Shown here: piece after piece, positions 1 through 9,660 of the stretch
Numbering within the stretch: the first letter of the stretch is position 1
Layout of the letters: every line of letters begins with the position of its first letter
From: Macrostomum lignano
Lineage: Eukaryota
Length of the DNA stretch: 64,000 nt
Direction: 5' to 3'
Assembly: GCA_002269645.1 (NCBI GenBank)
Contig: NIVC01002550.1
Coordinates: 38,119-102,118, forward strand
The notes under the pieces: generated by a model
What the model was told of the DNA's origin: nothing
Database searches by the model: none
The model's input: the letters and a program-made list of their open reading frames with translations, nothing else
Program-made: the position numbers and the translations under genes

Positions 1-61
1 CAATTAATTAGAAACAGGCTAATGGTGAAATGACAGAAGATGGACTAGAGAAGATATAGAG

Positions 62-610
62 GGCGAAGAAGGGAGACAGGGTGAGAAGGGAGACAGAGAG
101 GGAGAGAAGGGAGACAAAGAGGGAGAGAAGGGAGACAGAGGGGGAGAAGGGAGACAGAGGGGGAGAGAAGGGAGACAGAGAAGGAGAGAAGGGAGACAGA
201 GAGGGAGAGAAGGGAGACAGAGAGGGAGAGAAGGGAGACAGAGGGGGAGAGAAGGGAGATAGAGAGGGAGAGAAGGGAGACAGAGAGGGAGAGAAGGGAG
301 ACAAAGAGGGAGAGAAGGGAGATAGAGAGGGTGAGAAGGGAGACAGAGAGGGAGAGAAGGGAGACAGAGAGGGAGAGAAGGGAGATAGAGAGGGAGAGAA
401 GGGAGACAGAGGGGGAGAGAAGGGAGACAGAGAGGGAGAGAAGGGAGACAGAGAGGGAGAGAAGGGAGACAGAGAGGGAGAGAAGGGAGACAGAGAGGGA
501 GAGAAGGGAGACAGAGAGGGAGAGAAGGGAGACAGAGAGGGAGAGAAGGGAGACAGAGAGGGAGAGAAGGGAGACAATGAGGGAGAAGGGAGAGAGAGAG
601 AGAGAGAGGC
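62..610. repeat. 21-bp purine-rich minisatellite (GAGAGGGAGAGAAGGGAGACA) ending in a (GA)n tract
   Basis: Direct tandem repetition; 7-aa periodicity (EGEKGDR) in the ORF track. Confidence 0.95.
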
Positions 611-710
611 AGCACATAGAGAAAAGCGACAGCATTCAACACTGGCGGCAAAATGAATGCTACTACAAGTAGCTTAACAGCACTCTCGCGCAAACCCATA
701 ATCCAAGCAG

Positions 711-974
711 GCGGCTGACGAAGACCCGGCAGCCACGGCGGAATGCGCTGCCACCGGTCGCAACTGTCGAGGCGGAGTCCGCGACGCCGCGGTGCTGCGC
801 TCGGAAACACGCCTGATGCGGCTGTTCTTCGAGGAGATGGGCCTGCCGCTGCCGGCAGAGTGCCGCGCCCCTTGCAACCAGCTGGGCTCCCGCGCGGCCA
901 CCAACCGGTGCGTCGGTGCCTGCTACGGAGCCATGCTGAACTCCGTCAACTTGGAGAGGCAGCTGCTCAGCTGA
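711..974 (+). CDS. Probable terminal coding exon of an unidentified Cys-rich protein (gene begins upstream of the window)
   Basis: GC-rich open frame from a CAG acceptor at 708-710 to TGA at 972-974: AADEDPAATAECAATGRNCRGGVRDAAVLRSETRLMRLFFEEMGLPLPAECRAPCNQLGSRAATNRCVGACYGAMLNSVNLERQLLS*. AATAAA motifs follow at ~1058 and ~1076. Confidence 0.55.
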   Translation, partial: AADEDPAATAECAATGRNCRGGVRDAAVLRSETRLMRLFFEEMGLPLPAECRAPCNQLGSRAATNRCVGACYGAMLNSVNLERQLLS

Positions 975-1426
975 GAACATCGATGCGTCCCGTTCATCAA
1001 GGACTGATTGAAGGACTTTTAATGACACAAGACTAACAACTGATTAATTGAATCGCAAATAAACCGTTAGAGAGAAATAAAAATGAGATGAGAGCTCGCT
1101 TCAACAGAGCAACAAAGCGTGATGGTTCATAAAAAAATTAATGCGCAAATACCAGCAACCAAGTTGAAAGTTGTACATGTAGAACTGCTTGATTATAATT
1201 ATAAAAGTGAGGAATTCTAGCTATATCATTATTAACACGAAGAGTGCAACGATCAGAGGAGATAAGAGAATAATTCCCGAAATAAGCAAACTCTCAAAGT
1301 TGGGAATTCCAAAAATGAATAAACTCTGAAAGATGGAAATTCCCTAAAAATTAGACTAGCAGAGGGGGATTCCCAAAATAATCATCATCAAAGATGGAAA
1401 CTACCAAAAAATCAGACTCTAAAACA

Positions 1427-2200
1427 TGGGAATTCCCAAACTGATCAGACTCTCTCAGAGGGGAATTCCCAATCTGATCAGACTCTTTCAGAGGGGAATT
1501 CCCAAACTGATCAGACTCTCTCAGAGGGGAATTCCCAATCTGATCAGACTCTCTCAGAGGGGAATTCCCAAACTGATCAGACTCTTAGAGGGAAATTCCC
1601 AATCTGATCAGACTCTCTCAGAGGGGAATTCCCAAACTGATCAGACTCTCTCAGAGGGGAATTCCCAAACTGATCAGACTCTCTCAGAGGGGAATTCCCA
1701 AACTGATCAGACTCTCTTAGATGGGGAATTTCGAAACTGTTCAGACTCTCAGATGGGGAATTTCCAAACTGATCACTCTCTCAGAGGGGGAATTCCCAAA
1801 CTGGTCAGACTCTCTCACATGGGGAATTCCCAAACTGATCAGACTCTCACGAGGGGAATTCCCAAACTGATCACTCTCAGAGGGGGAATTTCCAAATTAA
1901 TCAGAATCTTTTAGAGGGGGAATTCCCAATTTGATCAGACTCTTTCAGAGGGGGAATTCCCAATTTGATCAGAATCTTTCAGAGGGGGAATTCCCAATTT
2001 GATCAGACTCTCTCAGAGGGGAAATTTCCAATTTAATCAGACTCTTTCAGAGGGGGAATTCCCAATTTGATCAGACTTTCTCAGAGGGGAAATTTCCAAT
2101 TTAATCAGACTCTCTCAGAGGGGGAATTCCCAATTTGATCAGACTCTCTCAGAGGGGGAATTTCCAAATTAATCAGACTCTCTCAGATAGGAAATTTCCA
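1427..2200. repeat. 33-bp minisatellite containing palindromes GGGAATTCCC and CTGATCAG
   Basis: Tandem unit GAGGGGAATTCCCAAACTGATCAGACTCTCTCA; 11-aa periodicity in the ORF track. Confidence 0.95.
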
Positions 2201-3057
2201 AACCGATCTCACTCATGATCGCGGGGGAATTCCAGTGAAAAAAATGTACTCTATAAAATTTAATCACGTGATGCCCCAAATGATCTTGTCCACTCAGAAA
2301 AACCTGAGAGTGGGGATTCCCACGGTTAGCAGCACTAGATTGCAACTCTCTAGAATTCCTTATTAGTAAGTTCTTCACAGACTCACGCATCACTGCTCAG
2401 CTAAGAATCATTGACAGAACCGGTGCACACTTGAGTCTAATGGCTCGCCTTGGCTCCTCCTTGCAGCACTTAAGCCGACAGGCAGATATGATCAGAGAAG
2501 ACCAACCTTGAAGAAAGATAATTATTTGCTTCATTACGATGCTCAGGTCTAAAGTAATCCATCTTAGCACGATTCTCTGCTATTTGTATAATTGTGGCCC
2601 TTCAAATCAAATTTAATCCATTGAGACACGAATGTTTCATTACATACGATCCTAATTAGGATAATTTTCATCGAATATACCTTCAAATGAATAAAACAAT
2701 ACAAGCAAAATTAATAAGCTTTTCTATCCTTGCAATTATCCGATTTGCATAATTATATCATTATTACAATTGAGCTGCCACTCAATCTTCATCAAGCGAC
2801 TGTATTACTGTTTTATCTTCATCCAATATCATACCCTAACATCGCATCGGGGGAACACACGCCAAACTCAGAGTTAGTTTATAAGCAAAATGCGCGTCTA
2901 TTGAAAAATAGAACGAATTTATTTTTCATTTCAAATCGCGACTTCTAGATTTGCCAATTAGCAGAACAATCAGATTGGCTTGTTTGGGAAAAACAAGCTT
3001 GAGTTGAAAAGGCAGCAATATTGTTGTTGTACTCGCTTCAGCTCAGAGGGAGTGGCG

Positions 3058-3808
3058 CTGGCCCAGCAACTGAGGATCTGGGAGGCTGGCCCAGCAACTG
3101 AGGATCTGGGAGGCTGGTGGCCCAGCAACTGAGGATCTGGGAGGCTGGTGGCCCAGCAACTGAGGATCTGGGAGGCTGGCCCAGCAACTGAGGATCTGTG
3201 AGGCTGGCCCAGCAACTGGGGATCTGGGAGGCTGGTGGCCCAGCAACTGAGGATCTGGGAGGCTGGTGGCCCAGCAACTGAGGATCTGGGAGGCTGGCCC
3301 AGCAACTGAGGATCTGTGAGGCTGGCCCAGCAACTGGGGATCTGGGAGGCTGGTGGCCCAGCAACTGAGGATCTGGGAGGCTGGCCCAGCAACTGAGGAT
3401 CTGGGAGGCTGGCCTAGCAACTGAGGATCTGGGAGGCTGGCCTAGCAACTGAGGATCTGGGAGGCTGGCCCAGCAACTGAGGATCTGGGAGGCTGGCCCA
3501 GCAACTGAGGATCTGGGAGGCTGGCCCAGCAACTGAGGATCTGGGAGGCTGGTGGCCCAGCAACTGAGGATCTGGAGGCTGGTGGCCCAGCAACTGAGGA
3601 TCTGGGGGGCTGGCCCAGCAACTGAGGATCTGGAGGCTGGTGGCCCAGCAACTGAGGATCTGGGGGGCTGGCCCAGCAACTGAGGATCTGGAGGCTGGTG
3701 GCCCAGCAACTGAGGATCTGGGGGGCTGGCCCAGCAACTGAGGATCTGGAGGCTGGTGGCCCAGCAACTGAGGATCTGGGGGGCTGGCCCAGCAACTGAG
3801 GATCTGGC
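3058..3808. repeat. Minisatellite family A, 28/31-bp unit GGCCCAGCAACTGAGGATCTGGGAGGCT (copy 1)
   Basis: Tandem repeats; the same unit recurs at 34.3 kb and 39.5 kb. Confidence 0.95.
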
Positions 3809-3899
3809 AGGCCAAATGTTAAACTTGAGAATTCACCCAGTTACTTGCCTAGCAACAGTAGACAGACTCTCCCCCAAAGCCCAGCCGATCGCAGAGCAG

Positions 3900-6800
3900 T
3901 CAGACAGGCACCCCTCTGGTCCGCAGGTACTCCCTAGCCTTGGCGTGCTCCCGCACGTCCCACACCTGAAATCCGGTCAACCCAGTAATCCCCAGCACGC
4001 ACTGACAGTCAGGGTTCACTGTCAATTTAGTCACCTCGCCGATGTTCCAATTTCTATTAGCCAAGGACTTCCATTCGCCGTCGGGATTGGAGCGCCACAG
4101 TCTGACAAGGCCGTCAGCCCCGCCGGTGCAGAGAAGGCCGGAATCGGTCAGGCAGAGGCCGCTGCAGGCTCCGTCGTGAGCAGTCAGGGTGGACACGGGG
4201 GCGCCGGGGGCTCGGGCGTCGCAGCGCTGCACGGAGCCACGCTCGGTAGAGGCCATCAGGAAGAACGGATTCCGGCTGTCCCAGACTAGGCGCTCGCATT
4301 CGCCGTCAAGACGCCACGATGGGGCGGAGCCGGCGGCTGGCGCTGATGAGGCTGAAGATGCTGACTGTTGCTGTTGTTGTTGAGGGGCTCGACAGTCTGA
4401 CAGACGAACTGTTGAGTCGTAGCCGCCAGTGAGCAATAGGTGAGGCTCCTGTCAAATTTATTACTAGAGATTATTATTTCAGCGGTTATTTTGCCTACTA
4501 ACAAGTAGCGAGATTAGAATATATGAAATCGATTAACTTGTTAGTGTACGTAATTCATGGGGTTGTCTTGAGGGCGATTCTTGGGGTTGTCTGGAGGGAG
4601 ATTCTTGGGTTGTCTTGAGGGCGATTCTTGGGGTTGTCTGGAGGGAGATTCTTGGGTTGTCTTGAGGGCGATTCTTGGGGTTGTCTGGAGGGAGATTCTT
4701 GGGGTTGACTTGAGGGGCGATTTTTGGGGTTGTCTTGAGGGGCGATTCTTGGGGTTGTCTTGAGGGGCGATTTTTGGGGTTGTCTTGAGGGGCGATTCTT
4801 GGGGTTGACTTGAGGGGCGATTTTTGGGGTTGTCTTGAGGGGCGATTTTTGGGGTTGTCTTGAGGGGCGATTCTTGGGGTTGTCTTGAGGGGCGATTCTT
4901 GGGGTTGTCTTGAGGGGCGATTCTTGGGGTTGTCTTGAGGGCGATTCTTGGGGTTGTCTTGAGGGCGATTCTTGGGGTTGTCTTGAGGGGCGATTCTTGG
5001 GTTTGACTTGAGGGCGATTTTTGGGGTTGTCTTGAAGGGCGATTCTTGGGGTTGTCTTGAGGGGCGATTCTTGGGTTTGTCTTCAAGGCGATTCTCGCTA
5101 TGCTATCTCACAGCCGAGCTGCATTACCTGCGGGTGCCAGGCCAGGCACTGCACCTTGTCAGAGTGCAGCTTGTCCAGCATCCTGACGCAACGCTTAGCG
5201 TCCAGATCCCACAGGCCCACAGATTTGTCGGCGCTGGCGCTGGCCAGAGCCTGGGGGGAGCGCGGATTCCAGGAAACGTCCAACACAGCGTCTTTGTGAC
5301 CTGAGGATAGCGGATAGTATATATTCAATAGAGTTCCAATTCGGAACTGAAGGCAAACGCAAACAAGAATCAAGTCGCCAGCCTTACCGACCGTCGAGAT
5401 AATCAACGATTCTGATACTCAATGTACACCCCTGTGCGCCAATCAGCACTTCGCCTCAGTGCAGCCTTGCCAAGCATCCAAATTTTATCAGCACAAAGCC
5501 GGAGCTTCTGGACCTTCAACAGGTCGCACCAGGTGACCAAATCTCGAACAGTGGGCAAACTTCAACTGCTGGACATCCTTAACGAATCTCTCAAGCATTC
5601 CACCATACCCCCTTCGTTAATTCCAGGCTGAAGACACGCTCACACAGGGTGCACAACGGCCCTAATTGACGGTCTAATCGTCAAGCATGTACACTCTCTG
5701 TACATAAAAAGTGCACACTTGCCTTCCAACTGCACAGACGGCAGCAGAGCCTCGATCAAGTCCAGATCCCACAGCTGAATGGACTGCTCCATTCTGCCAA
5801 TAGCCAGCAGGTGACCGCCCCTGCCAACAAATTCGAAGCACAGCGGCATCGAGTCCAAATAGAAGCACCTGTGCTCGTAGAACTGCTTATTAGGCTCATT
5901 GTAAACGTGTATTTGAGCCTCTGAGATGCCCTGGTTCTGCTGCACCTGGGCAACGACAACCAGATTGTCTGTTGGCACCAGCTTGGAGTCCTCGTCTTCG
6001 TCGTCCTCCTCGTCGTCTGTGCCGTCATCAGCCGCGTCTGCATCAGCCGGCTGGATGTCGTCAATGTCTTCGGCATCGTCGTCTGGCGCCTCGTTCTCAG
6101 CGTCGCCGCCAGCGTCAGCGTCCATGACCTCGCCGCCTGACTGTCCTGCGGCAGCGGCTCTGGCAGCTTGGCTAAATTTACAGAGAAGTAGCTTTGTTTG
6201 AGTTGGTTGTAGACAACTGCTCACAGCTCTTTGAGAATTCTTCATTGAACTGTTGATAACCATGATTGGATATTCTGTCTGCCCCTCCCCTCAGACCCTT
6301 CAGTGCCTGCTGCCCCTCCCCTCAGACCCTTCAGTGCCTGCTGCCCCTCCCCTCAGACCCTTCAGTGCCTGCTGCCCCTCCCCTCAGATCCTTCAGTGCC
6401 TGCTGCCCCTCCCCTCAGATCCTTCAGTGCCTGCTGCCCCTCCCCTCAGATCCTTCAGTGCCTGCTGCCCCTCCCCTCAGATCCTTCAGTGCCTGCTGCC
6501 CCTCCCCTCAGACCCTTCAGTGCCTGCTGCCCCTCCCCTCAGACCCTTCAGTGCCTGCTGCCCCTCCCCTCAGATCCTTCAGTGCCTGCTGCCCCTCCCC
6601 TCAGATCCTTCAGTGCCTGCTGCCCCTCCCCTCAGATCCCTCAGTGCCTGCTGCCCCTCCCCTCAGACCCTTCAGTGCCTGCTGCCCCTCCCCTTAGACC
6701 CTTCAGTGCCTGCTGCCCCTCCCCTCAGATCCTTCAGTGCCTGCTGCCCTCCCCTCAGACCCTTCAGTGCCTGCTGCCCCTCCCCTCAGACCCTTCAGTG

Positions 6801-9250
6801 CCTGCTGCCCCTCCCCTTAGACCCTTCAGTGCCTGCTGCCCCTCCCCTCAGATCCTTCAGTGCCTGCTGCCCTCCCCTCAGACCCTTCAGTGCCTGCTGC
6901 CCCTCCCCTCAGATCCCTCAGTGCCTGCTGCCCCTCCCCTCAGATCCTTCAGTGCCTGCTGCCCCTCCCCTCAGATCCTTCAGTGGCTGCTGCCCCTCCC
7001 CTCAGATCCTTCAGTGGCTGCTGCCCCTCCCCTCAGATCCTTCAGTGGCTGCTGCCCCTCCCCTCAGATCCTTCAGTGGCAGCTGCCCCCCCCCTCAGAT
7101 CTTTTAGTGGGTGCTATAGCCCCATTATATAGCCTGTATATGAGTGGGCACCATTACCTTTACCCTAATCTTAGCAGTTTATATTTAGAATATTGATTTG
7201 CAAAGTCAAGTTAAAGCTATTAAGACTTACAGATCTCGTCTTGCTTTGGCAGCCTCATCATTTAATAACTGAGCATAGTTTTCATCTTTGTCTGCCTAAA
7301 ATTAATGAAAAGATTGTTTTCTTAAAGTTCTAACAAAGTTAAGTTAATGAGACCAAATAAATTAATAGATAATTTTGAAAGACTAACATTCTAGTTAATT
7401 AAAGGTATTAAGTTACTATTAACATTTATCATTTAGGACTAGGTTTATTTGAACTAGCAATAAAGCTGAAAGTGAATACAATCTATTTGTGTAACTGAAT
7501 CAATAACTATGTACCTAATTTTATATATAGTTAATCTAGATAGTTTTTACACAATTAAAACAATTGGCTTGCATTTGTAATGCATAGCAAAAGAGCTAGC
7601 AATTCAATTAGCAAAAAGTTAAAAATATAAAAGCCAGCAAGCAAGCTTTTTTAAATTCTACCTACTAAAACTCAATGTCTATAACCAAAACATAGAGGCC
7701 TAGAAGGAATAAAAATTGGTTTCACTTTAGATACCACCATTTGCATTCTACATGCCATATTGTAGATTATATTATATATATTTGGCTATCAAGTAATATA
7801 TATAGAATGCTAGAATAGTATGCCAATCAAGTGTTTTATTAAATTGTATGAGTATACCAATTAAAATTTTATGACTAACAAACACAGAAAAAATGCAATA
7901 AGCAATAGACACTATAAGTAATTCCTGCAAAACATGAAACCTATATCATTAAAAAATAGAAATAATTAATAGAACAAAAGTTTTTATATATATTATAACA
8001 TTGATTTAGGTTCATTTTTTATTAGTAACAATAGAAAATTTTTGTGTATTATTTGAAAACTTAATTTATTGTCATCTTTTGAAATTAACTTTAATAGGTC
8101 TTTAGCAAAGGATTGCTTAGGCTTAGCATAATTTATTTATATAATATAATAATACATTCTTTATGCTTTTTTTTGCATTGCACTGCAAGCTTAAACAAGT
8201 TTGGTTAAGAACTTTAAGCCAATAATGGTGCCAGAAAGTTGCATTTTCTTCTTGTAAACCCAATGTACATGAGCCAAACTAAAGCATTTGTTCAATTGTT
8301 TGCTAGATGTACACCAGTAAAGCATTTGTATGCCATAATTTTTTGGCCAATATTTTCTGCAATGGCAGTGCTTATTTTCTGCTTATCCGCACGGCACACT
8401 GACGAGATAAGTCAATAAAGTGAATAAAGTGAATAAAGAGAATAAAGCGAATAAAGCAAATTGTTAAAGCAATGCAATAATCGATACAAACAAAATTGCG
8501 AATTCACATGAGTAGTAAAATTCTACGGAAGCGGCAATGGACTATATAAATCACAGCGAGATCAGATTAGACTTTGCTAAAAATTTAAATAATAAACAAT
8601 TCTTAGAGTAAATTTAATTTAAATCATTTGTTACTACACAAAAAAATTCTTTCTCATAGAAAATTCGTTAAATCTTTATTTCTTTAGAACAACTGTTCAA
8701 GCCAAGTTATGTTGTTATACTGCACTCAAATCGTATGTACTAAACTTCCCACACATCTTATGTAGAAGATAGGGCAGCTATCTCGTCAGTGTGCCATGCG
8801 GATAAGCAGAAAATTATTCGCATGGTACCGTTGGAATAAGACAAATTATTCCTACGGTACCATGGGGATAAGCACTGCCTTCTGCAATATGCGGTCTACA
8901 TGTATATTTGATAATTGATATTCTCTAAAACTATCATCTTGACAAATCTAACTTTATTTTTTTTCTTTTTTATGCTGCAGTTGGCATCATTTGGGCCAGT
9001 TTTTTATTGGGGCATATTCTTTATTTGCCATTTGGTCTTAAGTTAACATGAATCATGAGAGGAATATTTTATAAATATAAAATTACTTAGAATATAAGCT
9101 CATCACGATCTGGAATATTGTATTTTAAGCCTAAAAATATACTTTATGAACTGTGTGTCAATGTATAGGAAAACTTACATGGCGTGGTACAATATCAAAG
9201 CATCCTTGAGGCACCCAACAATGGGTTGGATAAAACTTTCGCTGAGACAT
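3900..9250 (-). CDS. PWP1: Periodic tryptophan protein 1 homolog (WD40 ribosome-biogenesis factor)
   Basis: Exons (minus): 9250-9179 (MSQRKFYPTHCWVPQG..., resembles the PWP1 N-terminal WVxxG motif), candidate 23-nt micro-exon 9109-9087, 6171-5723 (acidic tract; VYNEPNKQFYEH...IQLWDLDLIEALLP), 5300-5128 (GHKDAVLDVSWN...LASASADKSVGLWDL...HSDKVQCLAWHP), 4448-3900 (LLTGGYDSTVRLSDCR...). Splice phases are consistent. The intron at 5722-5301 has a GC donor. Confidence 0.9.
4558..5095. repeat. 24-25-bp intronic minisatellite (GGGGTTGTCTTGAGGGGCGATTCTT)
   Basis: Tandem repeats inside PWP1 intron 5127-4449. Confidence 0.95.
6281..7103. repeat. Minisatellite family B, 31-bp unit CCCCTCCCCTCAGATCCTTCAGTGCCTGCTG (copy 1)
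   Basis: Tandem repeats in a PWP1 intron; the same unit occurs at 60.76-61.07 kb and 63.87 kb. Confidence 0.95.
8364..8879. mobile_element. Mutator-like MITE (516 bp, 9-bp TSD)
   Basis: Perfect 9-bp direct repeat TTCTGCAAT at 8355-8363 and 8880-8888. Ends are GGCAGTGCTTAT...ATAAGCACTGCC, plus an inner ~35-bp inverted repeat (TTTTCTGCTTATCCGCACGGCACACTGACGAGATA). There is an internal AATAAAGTG x5 repeat and no ORF. A 9-bp TSD with G-starting TIRs fits MULEs. Confidence 0.8.
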
Positions 9251-9660
9251 TAAACTAATATTTTGACGCTGTCGCTACTACTATTAGTTAAGTTAAATTT
9301 CCTATGGTCAAAAATATGTTTGATTGCCTTTTAAAATGTCTGGATTCGCCTTGATTCTCAACCTTAAAGCCAGTCACGCATGTAAGTCGCACGTGGAAGT
9401 TTTAGACTTTTATTTTCTAAGAAGTAAAGGGCTAAAACAAAATAAATAGAAGTAAGAACCAGAAAAGATTTATTCTTATAATTTTACATATAATTTTTAA
9501 TTAAAAATGTTTTTAAATGCAAAAATGAAGAAAATAATATATTATGCTTTCAAAAACGCTTGTCTGCTCTAGATTCCAGCGTAGTGTACAAATTTGACCT
9601 GCTGAAACTGAGTAGATTTTTTTATATAATCGTACTTTTTTTTCTTGCAATTTCCTTAAG
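9251..9660. promoter_or_regulatory. Probable bidirectional promoter between PWP1 (-) and the DNAAF8-like gene (+)
   Basis: The inferred ATGs at 9250 (-) and 9661 (+) are only 410 bp apart and diverge. Confidence 0.5.

Noticed and set aside
8-4763. Long repetitive ORFs (e.g. SPFSPSL, EGEKGDR, LGQPPRSSVAG) over tandem arrays
   Set aside because: Open in several frames on both strands with periodicity equal to the DNA unit; these are minisatellite artefacts. The same applies to repeat ORFs at 6.3, 18.2, 21.2, 23.9, 34.3, 36.0, 37.5, 39.5, 43.4, 45.5, 52-54, 58.2 and 60.7 kb.
6190-6263. ORF-track start MVINSSMKNSQ... as the PWP1 N-terminus
   Set aside because: It is intron read-through upstream of the acceptor at 6172; a better exon 1 with the WVxxG motif lies at 9250-9179.
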